Source: Cladosporium halotolerans (lineage: Eukaryota). Taken from it: a stretch of 52,029 nt of DNA. Position numbers and translations under genes: made by a program. The stretch spans positions 1 through 52,029 of the forward strand of contig NW_027191514.1 in assembly GCF_011745625.1 (NCBI RefSeq), given 5' to 3'. The notes beneath the pieces are model-generated. The model did not search any database. It was not told the origin of the DNA and saw only the letters and a list, made by a program, of their open reading frames with translations. Below, piece after piece: positions 11,971-24,767 of this stretch. Numbering within the stretch: position 1 is the first letter of the stretch; every line of letters starts with the position of its first letter.

Positions 11971-13032
11971 TTACCACGCAGTATGCCCGCCATCAACTAC
12001 CAGGTTGTTGCCCGTCATGAAGGATGACGCGTTGCTGAGCAGGAAGAGTGCGGCGCCCTTGAATTCCGAGGGATCAGCTAATCTCCCCATCATATTGTCG
12101 GCTTCCCACTCTTCTTGCAGACCAGGCGTTGCCGCTAGCTCATTTCTCACCATCGGAGTTATGGCATGACCAGGACTCAATGCGTTGACGCGGATTCCAC
12201 CCTCCCCGTTGGACTGCACTTTGCTCCATTCCATTGAGAGGTTTCTCGCTAGTTGAATGACAGCCGCTTTACTGGCATTGTACACCGGTGATAGCATGCC
12301 TTTGTTTGCAATTAGCCCGCTCGTACTGGCGACCAGACATATGCTACCGCGGCTATGATACTTGAACATCTGCCTGGCGCACGCGTTAGCTGTCTCCAGC
12401 ACGCCAATGAAGTTAGTGTCGAGCAGGCGCCAGGCGTCTGGCACGTTGTATTCGATTGAGGGACAGACTCGCAGAATACCTGCAGCTGCTATGAGGCCAT
12501 CGACCCGTTGCTTCTTGTCGGCGATGCTTGCCACTGCGGCGTCGACTTCATCAACATTATCGACATCGACACGGCGGTAATGGAGAGCGCCAGCGCCAGG
12601 CTCACGTTGCAGCTGCTCATTTACGACTGCGAATTCTCCATCCGGCTGCTCGTTGTGATCGAAGCAGTAAATCTCGCCGCCGGCCTCGGCCAGCGACTCG
12701 GCCATTGCAAGGCCCAGACCGCGCGCACCACCGGTGGTGATATACACGCGATTGGACAGGTCGAATTGTGGGGATATCTGTTTGGCGAGGTTGTCGTTGT
12801 GAGGTCCCTGCATTGGGAGAGACCCGTGACGACGACTAGATGCTTGGTTTTTGGACAGTGGCTTGGATATTCCTTCGGATAATTTCCGAGATTGCGCATT
12901 ACAGTCACGTCTCCGAGACGAAACGTGGGAGAACGGGGCGTTGTTCCGACTTGAGGTGATATGGAAGCTGTGTTTCAAGGTTCGAGAGCGGTATAGGTTG
13001 CGAGCTAGTTGGGTTTGAACTGTGGACTGCAT
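11971..13032 (-). CDS. Short-chain dehydrogenase/reductase (sugar-alcohol dehydrogenase-like); the start may be the downstream Met of MQGPH
   Basis: TTGGARGLG Rossmann motif, YNASK catalytic YxxxK, IRVNALSPG, and FMTGNNLVVDGGHTAW C-terminus. Confidence 0.9.
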   Translation of the reverse strand: MQSTVQTQLARNLYRSRTLKHSFHITSSRNNAPFSHVSSRRRDCNAQSRKLSEGISKPLSKNQASSRRHGSLPMQGPHNDNLAKQISPQFDLSNRVYITTGGARGLGLAMAESLAEAGGEIYCFDHNEQPDGEFAVVNEQLQREPGAGALHYRRVDVDNVDEVDAAVASIADKKQRVDGLIAAAGILRVCPSIEYNVPDAWRLLDTNFIGVLETANACARQMFKYHSRGSICLVASTSGLIANKGMLSPVYNASKAAVIQLARNLSMEWSKVQSNGEGGIRVNALSPGHAITPMVRNELAATPGLQEEWEADNMMGRLADPSEFKGAALFLLSNASSFMTGNNLVVDGGHTAW

Positions 13033-14424
13033 CTTCGAATGATACGTGCAAGGGGTACCTGTGTCTGCTGGAGTGGTGGTGTGGAATTAGGAAAAAGAGA
13101 CTGGAAGCTTCTGCACGATACAAAAGCGATGTGCTTCAACGACTGCACAGATTGTTTACCTAGTGTCGACCGCTCGAGCCCTTATGACGCGCATTCTGTT
13201 CACATTGCGCGTGAGCCCAGCGTATCCGAAGCTTACAACTTCTGACGCACATCACTTGCTACATGTACGCTTTAGGTAGAACTAACCCGACAGCTTACGA
13301 GTTCGGAGCCACAGGTCAGCGAAGCGTGGACATCCCGTCCGGTACACCCGGTTCCCTAAGCCGATTCCTGGTATCATCTCTAGACACTTGATTGTTGAAA
13401 TACCTTCGAACTCTACCCCGCAATACACGATTTTACGGTCCTATAACCTGGACTTTGCGTGGATGTAGAATTATATGATCTTTAGACGTACCCGCAAAGG
13501 TGGACCAAGCAATTATAGTCGGTCACCACTTTTCTCATGGTTCGCGCTAAGAAAGAGGTCGGCCATCCCTTATCCTGAAGCCTTGTAGTGGTCCTCGACT
13601 TCGAAATGCTGAGCACTAGACATGCACCAGGGGTCAAGCCCTCTCACCGCTTATGCCAAGACGGCAGCTGAAAGTGATGATGTTCGGTTCACGTAGTCGC
13701 CCGGCTTCCCTACATCATACGAGCGCGGCAAGTTAAAGGCGCCCCAATTGATCGAAACGCAAGCAGCCCCATGCGACTGGATTTCCGGTCTGCATGCATC
13801 TCTGGGAGCGATGATTGAGAATGTTGCATGCGGGTCGCACCTAGCACCTTTCCCCGAACAATCGTGAGGCTGATTGGACGCTGTTTGGTAAGCCTAACCC
13901 CGCGTCTGAACTCGATCGACCGATCCTATGTCGCAAGAAAATGCAGCCTAGGTGCAACAGCTTTCAATCGCTAGTGCGACAGTGGCCCGTCGCAGCTCTG
14001 TCGGAGGGGAACACAACATACCGGTCCTGCAATCGCATGCTTACTTACGCGGCTGTCCAGACTGCATGGATAGCATTGGCTCTTCTGCTTCCCTTCTTTA
14101 CACAGCCTTTGCATCAATCTTGTTGGTAAACAGCATCTGTAGGAATCAAGCACCAACCATCTATGCATCGGTGATGTGGGTTCGCCTAAATACTGGATGC
14201 CTAGAAATGCCGAAACGCAAGCATATCGCGCTCGTAGTACGTGAACAGAGTACGGATTTACCGGAGGCGCAGCGGAAAAGGATGGCAGCGCAAGCTGTTA
14301 GAGACCTGATGGGTGAAGACTCCCTTGTATGAGCGCCGGACATTGTCAGTGCCCATGCGCTGTCTGATGATACTCACGAGAGTCTGGCTTGAGCAGATGG
14401 TCTCTCCACTAAGGTATGAGATGA

Positions 14425-14690
14425 TGCGGAGCTTGTAGGACGCGCAAAAGCAAGGTAAGCCTTTCTCTACAATTTCTCTCCATGTGTGTAGAAAGCTCAC
14501 ATTTTGAAGTGCAAAGGCAGAGCTCATGCACGTGGCCCGTGCACATACCTCTGACTCCAATTTGTCAAGATTAGCCGCCCTCGAATCGGATTACGAGCAA
14601 ATGAAGAGGAACCTCAGGGATTGGACGACGATTTACGACCGACTAAAGCACGCAAGCGCTCCGGAAGTGTCAGCATTCTTTAGAACGGTT
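14425..14690 (+). pseudogene. Truncated Zn2Cys6 DNA-binding domain relic
   Basis: CGACRTRKSK, then a GTAAGC intron at 14455, then CKG...PCTY with the middle Cys pair missing, followed by a coiled coil RLAALESDYEQMKRNL...IYDRLK. Confidence 0.55.
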
Positions 14691-17600
14691 TGCAGTGGAT
14701 CAGAAGGGAAAGTAGGATTTCTGGCTTGTGTAAAGGTTCGGGAACGCCTTATCGATCCATGGTGGATGTGCAGTTGGGATTATATCATGATGGAGCGGAT
14801 GTAGGAGGTGCAAGTGTACTCCACAACGACGTATTTACTGCTGGTAATGCCATCGCGGGTAAAGAAAAAGCGCAGTTTCACACATTCTCTCAGAGGAGCC
14901 ATTGGGTACCGTCCAAGCTGTGCAGAACTTGCTATGTGAGTCCCGCTTACTCTTTACTTTCTTTTGTTGCATCGATCCCCCGAATCATCTCTTTTTGGAC
15001 GGTTGAGTCTTCATGCCGCGTCCTCATGGCGGCCCTGCGGCTTTCACTCGTCCACGCGGAATTGCGGTCGACTCCAAAAGCAGAAACATGGTTCTTGCGA
15101 GTCCGACAGAAGCGCTTTGTGATGAAAGGGCAGGAGTGGTCGAATATGAAGTAAGTAAGAAGTTTCTACCAATTCCTCGAATCGTCCTGAAGTGCGAGTT
15201 CCGTTGAGCAGTAGAAAGCGGACAATCAAAGCCGAAAATAGTAGTTTTGAGGCAACTCGCATCCAAAGCAACAGGCCTATTCGCATGAAGGCGTCAAGAG
15301 TCGTAGATTCGCGGTGGCTGAATGTCATTGAACCCAAATGCTGTAGAGATGCTCTGAAGATCCTTTTTCAAGACTCGATCGAAATTGGCAAAGCAAGAAT
15401 CGCAACATGGTACGAATACATATGCAGAACGTCCAAGGCGATATGGCTTGAGAGTGCCGAAGTCAAAGCAGCCACACGAGGTAGTAGAACATCAGAGACG
15501 TGTTCTGCTAGCCAAGTGGGGAGCCGAAGACACTCTTCGATCTCGCGTTCGAATTGTAAGAGTAACTGTACCTGGAAGGATCTTCCTGGAAGATTTGAGG
15601 CCAAGGGAATGGGTGACTACGTATCGTGTCAGGGTTCCTTTGCGAGAAGTTGTTGACAGTGCCAGGGAAGTTCTGTGAATGATGGCTCGGTCAAGGTCTG
15701 CCATATAGAGGACACAGCTGGGTCTCCAATATATGATGAAGTTAAGCGATATTGGCTGGGCTGTCGAGGGTCATGATAGCAATGACCAGGAGAGGGCATG
15801 GAGCTTCGAGGAGACAAGTTGCTGCTCGTGGAATGACGCGACGATTTTGGCGAGGTGCCACCAGAAGTGGACGATGAGCTTCGATAGGGACCGGTAGGTA
15901 GAGAAGTGCGTCCTTCGTCGCAAGATATGGCCAGCAGTGGACCGTCATACGGGGAGTTGAGATACTGCTGGTTCAAGACGGGAACCTGTAGTGCCGGTGA
16001 TACAGTATGGCTTTTGCGGTCCGGCTGCGCGTTTGTTGTAGCGAGAGCGTAGGGTGCATGCTTGTAGTTGATTGATCCTCGCGCCATCGTGCGATATGGC
16101 ATGTAAGATTTCCGAACAGTGTGTTGTTGTTCGGTATGCTGCTGAGATGGAGTTGACTGACGTGAGGTGCCGGGAATCATGGGCGAACACCGTCATCGAG
16201 AAGATCTTCTTGCCAGCAAGCGGGGACCGCTTGACCAAGCCCACTTTGAGTTGCCAGGTGGCTACTGAGATAAGCAAGGATCCTCATTTCAAACTCGGTG
16301 CCCTCAGTTTCCAGGCGCGTAATTGAATATCGATGTCTTGCAGGGAGAAGAATGGTTTCTTCATATATCTCTTCATACAGAATACTGTCTTTGGTGATAC
16401 GCAAAGGTCTACCGGTACGCTGTCCTTGAATTTCCGACGCAGAGCGTGAGGACTCCGTTCGTGCATCGAGGGATCGGTCGCTGCGTCGAGACGCCGTGAT
16501 GTATGCTCTGTGATATGTTAGAATTCGAATCTGTGAAAATGGATGAGCGTGACCAGCCTCTCTTTGTTCTCACTGAACCTTTCAATCTTGTTCGGCTTTG
16601 CGTTCAGAGCTTTGCATACGGGAGGCATTGATGTGGGAGTATCTCGGTCGGATCAGCCAAGAGGATACAAATATTGTTGTGATACGAGCAAAGATGCGCA
16701 TTAACGATGACTGCGTTGTTATCATTTTGTTTCTACGGAGGTAAGGACTGTATATATGTAGCCACCCTGAAACGGCAGCTACATGGGTGTAAGATGTGAG
16801 ACATCTTGGTGTTTCACATACAGCTGAGGCATATTCACAACAAATATTGTTAAGATGTATGGTTCCGGACAGTCGGTAAACTCTGGATCACGTTGCCAGA
16901 AGTGTCATAAGAGGTCTTGGGATTTGGGGGAGCCCGACGTAATAAAAACCAATCTCCATGGCACGAAGCCCGATGGCGGGCCAGCTCGAAGTAACGCCAT
17001 TGGAAGCAACGCATGCAAGAGCGTTTTCCAATCTTCGAAACGACAGGCATTAGCACGAAGCCAGAGGCCGTTGATGAGGCCTGGACAAACACTACCTCAT
17101 CTACACCCTGCTTAAAATTATGGTACGGAGACTTCTGCCGACGGGGCGGCCGCCTGAGTTTCTCACTTGGTTGGAACGTATACGAACGAACATCCTGGTA
17201 ACTCCGCCATCAACTCCACGAGCCCAGTTTTAGTTCGTGTGCACTCGATCCTAGAACTGATCTTCAGAGGACCGCGGAGTACTGACGCTGCATTCGAAAG
17301 TAGAACTACAGTGTGAAGCATTGCATGTGAGATGATCTACGGTGGATTGACGGAAAAGACCGGCCGATGAATGAGTTCAATTCTGTTCTCGCACATACAC
17401 GAGTATTACAAACAGTGGTACCAAAACGCGACGCTGGCCTATTAAGACGAGGTAGGGTCCGGAACCGTGTTGCCGCTGTCATCGCTCAGATCCAGATACT
17501 AGATCTGATCGATCGAGGGACTGCCGAAATCTGGTTCGCTAAAGCGAGGCCCTCCCCCCGGCAGCTGTAGAGCAGGGATAGCAATATCCATGTGTGCGTA

Positions 17601-18003
17601 AATGCTGGTCAACATATGCGAGGGGCGTACGTGTGTGACGTGAGGCATGACTCAGAGCGACGCAACGCGCGCAATTCAATGGACAACACGCCCTGTTGGA
17701 GCAGGGACACGTCACAAATTCGCACGTATGCAAGGTTGAGTAGGCAAAGCTCAAGCCTTGGGCTTTATACAAACTCATATGAGAGAAGTCTGTCAACGTC
17801 GTACACGCCAACGTGTACAACTCCTCCTGCTGTACCGATCCGAGAGAGCACACGGCAGATAGCGGGTTGTTCATACACCACGCCGAACATCGACCAAATC
17901 GTGCGGAATGCAACATGACGCCGAAAGCCGTGACCGCAAACCAGAGCACGCCAGCGGAGCTACATGAGAACATTGCGGCGTATGAGGCGTCATCGACTTA
18001 GTA

Positions 18004-19876
18004 TTAGGCCATGAAGTAAGGCATGCCGCCTTGCGGCATCCGTGACGGTCGGCTCATCTGCGGCGGAAGACGGAACATCTGAAGCAACCGCTTGCCCACA
18101 GACGGCTCCAGTTCTGTCCCGTCTCTCGCAATCTTGACTTCCCTGTTTGCGTTCCAGGGGTTTCGCAAGCCTCGTGTACGGTAAAATGGCAGACGGTTCG
18201 TCGATATCCACTCGACCTTAAAAGGCCGTGCCAGATCTTGTCCTCTGCCCTCTTCCGAATCTTTGTGGGCCGACGAGCTTTCATCGCAATCTGCCAGCTC
18301 CGCTTCCCAGAAAACGGTCCCCCGTGCGGAATCGTCAATGATGCGGCCACGAGGTGCTATTCCCGTAGCCGATGTCCGGATTGACGTTGGCCCATTCAGC
18401 GTGAGCGGAGACTGCGGTATAGGCGCAGATGCAATTGGGACAGGCCCACCAGCAATGATCGATCCCATGCGTGCGTAGCCGAAATACTCGCCAGACTTAT
18501 TGGCAGAGAAGATAAGATATACATTGTCGGCCTCCTTGAAAGCACAGTTTAGTGCTTTTTCGTTGTGAGACTGGGTTGCCCAGATACCGTTGCGTACACT
18601 AGCCTCGAGGTCCTGCAAGGTAAGGCTTTTGACAACGAAGAATTTTTCAGGCACAATTGTGTTCGCAGAACCGAGGGCCGGCGTTTCGACTGTCTTCGTT
18701 GTCTGCGTAACAGGTGTACTTCCCATGATCATCGGTGTACGACTTCGATCTGCATCTGGCCCATCTGACTGTCTGTCTGGCGACCTGTCCAGCATTCCCT
18801 CTGGGATCCCATCTGGGGTCCCTTTTGCCTCAACCGCGCCGGCTCTCGAGCTTTGTGCTATGGAACCGGTGCTTGTCGTGGAGGGTCTCCTCAGGCGGCA
18901 TACTAGCCGTACCCCTTGAAATCTCGAATCATGAAAGCGGTTCATGGCCGCAATACAGGCGGCCTCGGTTCGATAGTTGACAAACGCGCAGTTGCTCTGC
19001 GGCATGAGAAAAAGGCTTTCGATGTCTTGCATCGCATCTCGAGAAAAGTGGTCTTTCAAGTCGGTTACCGCCACGGCCGGAGGAAGGTTGCCAACCCAAA
19101 TTGCATGGCCGGATGGCTTGGGTTTGCGCGGTGGGCCTCGAGGGAAAGACGGAATGGCTGTCGGTTCGGACTCGCGTCGAGCGAAATGGGCTAGGACCGT
19201 TCAGTCAGCAGAATATTTTTTCTGACCGCACAGTTCCTGGGACATACCAAAGTCTGCATAGCCGCCGGGCGGGCTGTAGCTGATTGAGAAGCCTTGCTGT
19301 GGAAACCGCATGTCCACAGGAGAGATTGCGGGCTGATACATGCCGTACGGATAATGGTCCATCAGAGGGAATGGCGGCTGCGTTTGTAGCTGTGCTGGTT
19401 GCGGTCGGCTCGCTGTTTGGAGTTGAGCAGATTGCGCATCATATTGCCGTGGAAGATGTTGCTGCTGTGGCTGCTGCTGCTGCTGCTGCTGCGCTCCAGC
19501 AAAAACCGTAGGGACAGGGCGCTGCCCACCATACTGTGACAACTGAGGCATGTATTGCAAGGAAGCCGGATTTCTCATGCCGTACTGAGTAGATGGGCAT
19601 CGTGCTTCGTATGAATGATCAATGCTCGGCTGTAGAGCGCTCGCCATTTGACGGAAGTCGAATAGTCGGGATCCATTACCCTCGACGTACTGGGTGGGTG
19701 CTGCGCGAGGCGGAGGAAGGTCTTCAAGATTCCCGTGGAAAGGTGGACTGCAGGGTCAGCGAAGCACGTTGCGAGGGATGTGAAACCTATGCTTACTTTT
19801 TTGTCTGCTTTACCGCAGTGCTGGGGGTAACAGTATCTGCGAGGGAGTATCCTACGGCAGCCGGCTTATCAGTCAT
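18004..19876 (-). CDS. RRM + YTH (YT521-B-like) RNA-binding protein, about 588 aa, 3 exons (19876-19797, 19747-19248, 19190-18004)
   Basis: RRM IWVGNLP...NCAFVNY; YTH KFFVVKS...GIWATQSHN...IFSANKSGEYFGYARM...VKIARDGTELEP. Two GT-AG introns with GCTGAC branch sites join the exons in frame. Poly-Gln N-terminal region. Confidence 0.9.
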
Positions 19877-20559
19877 GGTGATTCGCACGACTGTATGAGC
19901 TCGTACTGACAGTGCAGGTTCTGCCAATGTACAGCTAGATAAGGCCTTGTCGGTTGTGCCGCACTTGAAGGTTGGGGCCCTGCAATATACCTTGGTACCT
20001 TGAAAAAAGTTTGGAACCTACAATGGACAGAGATGGCGATTGGCGACGCTGAAGTATTCACCTGCAGAAGTTGGAAGCCTGTCCGAATGCGGTTCGCTCC
20101 CAGACTACATTACGGCTAATCTAACTAGGGTCCAATCGCACGCAACGCTCACCCGCTTGGCCGAGAGTGCATTTCCTGGAAATCCTGCGATGATCCACTA
20201 TAGGGCTGTCACCATATTTGCTGTTCCGGATAATGACTGATATGCGGAGAAGCTGCATCTGCTGCTGTGGAGGGCTGGCAACCTCCAGCCGGGCCGCTCT
20301 CGCTAAAATCTTCGCTCCGTAGTTTGGGGTACAGGTGAAAAGCGCCAAAGCTTGGTAACGGAAAGACGTCGGAATTGCCAAGCTATTAATGCTATTTCTG
20401 AATTCTAAATGCTCCTCATCATATGTTGCGCCTCATAATTGAGCAACTCCCGTGAGCGTTCTCGTCGCGAACGAATGCTCAAAGGCCTGTAGTAGATTTC
20501 CAGAGCTGCCCCGCACGCTGACGTCATTCGTGGACGCAGCGCGACGGACTCGCCGATTG

Positions 20560-21000
20560 CCAGTGCGGTTAAAGTCAGCGAAGGCGCGAATCGCTTCGCT
20601 TGATGATGGGCATCTGCTACCATGTTCGCGGGTTCAGACTTAAACCGAACGGATCATCGCGAGGTTGTGACTGATCGAAGCTGCTTCTGTTACACGGCTT
20701 GGCAGAGCTGTAAAGTATCTCGATGGGTTTCCGTGATCGTGCCCTTCTGGTTCGCGCGGAAAACATCTGTAATCGCTGAGGACAACTTGCCGTGCTTCAA
20801 GTGCAACAAGTACGGGCATAAATAAGTAACTTGCAAGACTGCACCAAAGCGCGCGCTATGCTCGGGACAGCACTCGAGACACAACTGTCCCCAGCCTACG
20901 AGGCTTGAGTGCCCAGCGTGTAACAAAGCGAAGCACTCACTTTTTGACTGACAGAGTCAGCTCCACCCGAGCCATTGGAGATACAAGGGTAGCCATTACT
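20560..21000 (+). mobile_element. LINE ORF1 (gag-like) relic
   Basis: CFKCNKYGHK*VTC, then degenerate knuckles LCSGQHSRHNC and CPACNKAKH, from 20793. Contains stops; 5' boundary approximate. Confidence 0.65.
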
Positions 21001-21414
21001 TCACGCCAACATCTTCCTAGTCTAGCTTATCATGGTCTCTTAACTTTTGCGCAAGCTCAACGCCTGCTATGCCGCCCGATCACTTCTCACTACCATGATT
21101 ACGAACGCCGTATGATGCACCACGAGAAGCGTTATGAGTGTCTTGACGTCCGCTAACACATGAGTTAGGTCCTCGGTGGCATCGCAGACACGGCCGCACA
21201 GACTCTCACAGTTACTCGCATCCAGCATGTGCCCGCCGCGACTCGGTCGGCCCTCAACATCATGAAGGCGGAAAGGACGACTTCTTCAGCGTCGAGATCC
21301 ACGATTTAGAAGGCAAGGGGCCGTGGCCGGAACCACATTACCTGTCACACAAGGCAAAGAAGCTGCTGCCTTCGCCGTTCGACTTTGAGAGGCTGGGTGG
21401 CATACCCTTGTATC

Positions 21415-21672
21415 ATGGCACCCTTGCAGCTCACGTGGTTTGCTTTTCTGAACTATGCGTTGCCCGTTGGCGTGGCAGGCGCGAGCAGTACTGCTGCGGC
21501 TGTGAAGCGCGGTCCCTTTGATCAGCAGATCTTTGCGCCTGGTGGTACGTGCCAATCCGATGGCCTGTTGCGTGAGCAAATCGTTAACAAGTGCACAGGT
21601 CTCGCATGCATTTCCACTTTCATGACGGTCTGCAAAAGCGGCGATAAGTGCGCCGTCACCCGCAAGTTTTAG
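21415..21672 (+). CDS. Possible small secreted Cys-containing protein (85 aa), may be a relic
   Basis: Hydrophobic N-terminus MAPLQLTWFAFLNYALPVGVAGA, a KR dibasic site, then five Cys. No recognisable family. Confidence 0.3.
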   Translation: MAPLQLTWFAFLNYALPVGVAGASSTAAAVKRGPFDQQIFAPGGTCQSDGLLREQIVNKCTGLACISTFMTVCKSGDKCAVTRKF

Positions 21673-22565
21673 GATGTGGACATACCAACGCTCAAGGCGA
21701 ACTTTCCTATCTGTCCCGCGGTCCCAACGCTGAACTTCCGCGTTATGCCGATCCAGACGTACCCAAAGGCGACACCAAAAGCGAAGCCGGAAAGCTAACA
21801 TACGCACCAGCCCTTCGTATCAACTCATCGGTATCGCCTGGACAGCCTACCTCTCCCTCACCAACTCGGCCGAGGAAGTCGCAACGCCTCAGAAAGACTT
21901 GTCCCGCAGCTGCCTTCCTTTTTACGAACCTTGGTTTTAGCTCTGACTACATCAGCACCTTCTCCTTGCATAGCTCACACTTGGCGCTCCTACTTCAAAA
22001 CACAAGCTAGGAACGCAGGCACAACCTTTGTTGTTCTTGGTTTTGTTGTTTTATTGAGGGCGTTGGAGGAGTCTTTTGCTGCATGCGATACTGCCTGGTT
22101 GGACGAAGCGGCAAGCAGTGAGCTGCGGTTTGCATCATGTTGTACTTCAAGGACCGAATAGGTATGATACTCCTTGTTCATGAATTCCACTGGTGCTATC
22201 CTGCTTTTTCTCTAACTAATTTCCTCAACAGCGCGCCGACACCTCCTTGTTAGGAGGTAATGGGTCGAGGGACCTAGCATATCTTTGCTTGATATCACTC
22301 CACACCTCCCAACCTCTGTTTTCTTCTTCCCAGCAGTACCATGGACAAGCCTGATCACTCTCATCTTCCTCTTGAGCTATCATCACGGAAAGAGTATCGT
22401 ATCCGTGTACCCAATGCACTGATTCACCCGATGCACCGGGGGTCTAAACCACCCTCTAACTTCAACATCCCACAATTCCGCGAATATGAGCTCCATGGAA
22501 GATGCGCTTGCAAGATCAGGATCGCTAGAGCCTGACAGATCATTTCGATATTCTGAAACAGCTCA

Positions 22566-22690
22566 AGTCTGGTGTTGATCGCTCTACGCTATCGCGAAGG
22601 CACCGAGCCGTCACAGCGTCGCGAGCAGCCGATGCCTTAACGCGTCAAAAGCTCAGCCCACAACAAGAGCTGGAGCTTGTACGAGACCTA
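22566..22690 (+). mobile_element. pogo/Fot1 transposase N-terminal HTH relic
   Basis: GVDRSTLSRRHRAVTASRAADALTRQKLSPQQELELVR is the typical HTH-psq to CENP-B-type junction of fungal pogo transposases. Confidence 0.75.
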
Positions 22691-23806
22691 GTACACACGC
22701 CCACACCACCGCAGATGGAAACAGCTCTTGCGAGCTGGCTAAGTGTAGGGGCTATGAGGGTGGGAATCCCCGCCGCAACCGGTTGCGGAAGTCTAGGGGC
22801 AGGAGTGTCATACTACGCCTTACAACTGCTCTGCCACCTACTCCCTCTGCCAGGAGGTAGAACCACTCATCATGGGAGAACTCAGAAGGGACTGGGATAC
22901 GAGAACCACCCGATGCGCTCTCACTCAGCAGTTGCGCGCACAGCCCACACTGTAGCGTTCTACTCGCCGCAGGAATGCGGAAGCCCTAATTACTGAAGCA
23001 CTCGGCTCACATCTGAAGCGTTGGCTAAGGAGCCAGCGTTGTGATCACCCTTACGGCGCTCTATTTGAGCTTCCGGCACGCTAACCGACCCTGAGAAGGT
23101 ACCCGTAGCCGAATGAGCTCGCTTCTTTCTTATACTATGGAGCTGCTTGACAAGTCTCTGCTGCTTCTCTTGGGGTTATGTTCCTTGATGTCTGCCTCTT
23201 TCCATCTCGCATGCGAGCTGGTGGACGGACTTATCCGCGGCAGCGTGCTGACATGTAAAATCTGCCATGCTTGTCGTGCTGTACACGCCCGCCCGAGCGC
23301 GTAGGTCGTCTGTGACGGATATTTATCAGATGCGACACCTCAATCATGAGCTTGTGTATGGATCTTCCAAGCAGAGCTGGGAAGCTCGTCGCGTTCTTTT
23401 GCGTCTCACGTGTGTGTTTCCGACTCTTTCCCATCTTCGATGTCGGATCGGCGGTGGGGCCGTGTTGCCTGCTGGCGTGCGGCGTGCACAGGCTTTGTCG
23501 TGTGGTATCAGAGCTTTCTCGACTGCTGAACGCTGAGGTAAGCGGCCATGCCGGGGCTCGTTGGTGGAAACGGCGTCATCAAGCGATGGCTTTGTACGAG
23601 ACTACCGTACGGCTCATCGTATCCCTGGCTGTTCTGCGGCACACCTCGATTTCACCGCTGCATGTGCAGCTAAGTTACTCACACCGGACATGGAGATGCG
23701 CGCTCTCCGTCCGGTGCTGGGTAAATTTGGAACGATAGCACATCAATGTCACCGCATTGGTCAAGATTACTGCTGATTCGCAAATCGAAGTCTATCTCAG
23801 TATTGA

Positions 23807-24401
23807 TTAATTTTTGATTTCCTTCTTGTGGAAGATATCTGCAGAGAAGTCAATACCGGTTTTTTCCAGCAGTCTGAAAGGGACGTGGGTTACCCGGCAC
23901 CTGCGGCATCCATTGATCCCTTTGACTAGTGAAAAACTCGCCCTTTGGCGGCAGCGCATTGCTCCCGTCATCCAAAGTACCCACACACAAGTACCTACAG
24001 GAGCACCAATCCGGTCAGCAATATACCCTGTAAGAAGTAAGGGAAACAGAAGCATCAACCACAAACCTGAAGTCGTTCTTAGCCTGCTCCCCATACTCGG
24101 AAATAAAAACCCCGCACTCCCCGCAAAACTCCCTATGCACGCCGTTGTCCTGCACGAATATTTTAGGCGTGGTTGACGTCGTGTATTTTAAATTGTCTTT
24201 AGCCGTTTTGGCAGTTAGACCAAAGGCGCCGCCGAAAGCGCGCTTGCAACTGTGACAGTGGCAGAGGGTTGTGCGAGCGTCGTCAGAGGATCCAGGGAGG
24301 TTGAGGGTGTAGCGGAGAAGGCCGCAGGTGCCTTTTGGATGTTAGTGAGTGCACATTTGAGCGGACGTGATATACTTACAGCCGCCGTTGAGTTTGGACA
24401 T
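23807..24401 (-). CDS. GFA/CENP-V (Mss4-like) zinc-binding protein, 139 aa, 4 exons (24401-24380, 24331-24067, 23994-23894, 23838-23807)
   Basis: Manual splicing gives MSKLNGGCTCGLLRY...LCHCHSCKRAFGG...REFCGECGVFI...VGTLDD...PPKGEFFTSQRDQWMP...KEIKN*. The CxC, CHCxxC and FCxxCG motifs are present, and three canonical introns keep the frame. Confidence 0.9.
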
Positions 24402-24700
24402 CTTGACGGTTTGGAGGGTCTCCTGATAAGTTTACGGGAGATTGAGGGCGCTTAACTTCATTGGCGTGATCTAAATGCTGATGTTGACTTGTGGATAACG
24501 GAGGGACTTATTAGAAGACTCTCTCCTTGTTCCTCCAGGATGTCTGACTTTATTCAAGTAACACGATATACATATGTCGAAATCCGGTCGAAGACGAAGT
24601 TGTCATCGTGATGAAATTGTGAGGTAAACGTAAGCGAGGGTGCCTTCACCTTGGGGATTTGACCAGATCTATAGGGTTAGGGTTCGGCGTTCTAACATTA

Positions 24701-24742
24701 ACGTACTTGGCAAGCGAGCTGGTCAGGCAAGCGAGGGGGTCA
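24701..24742 (+). repeat. Solo pogo/Fot1-type terminal inverted repeat-like sequence
   Basis: TA|ACGTACTT followed by a 17-bp tandem GGCAAGCGAGctGGTCA/GGCAAGCGAGggGGTCA, an architecture like fungal pogo TIRs. No partner found in the window. Confidence 0.45.
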
Positions 24743-24767
24743 AGATCTCACAATACTTATTCAGGAT

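Noticed and set aside
14690..16630. Overlapping 100-180 aa ORFs, possibly gene relics
   Set aside because: No motif I can recognise; cannot assign strand or product.
24673..24684. Telomeric GGGTTAGGGTT seeds (also near 4597 and 30455)
   Set aside because: Two units or fewer; compatible with chance.
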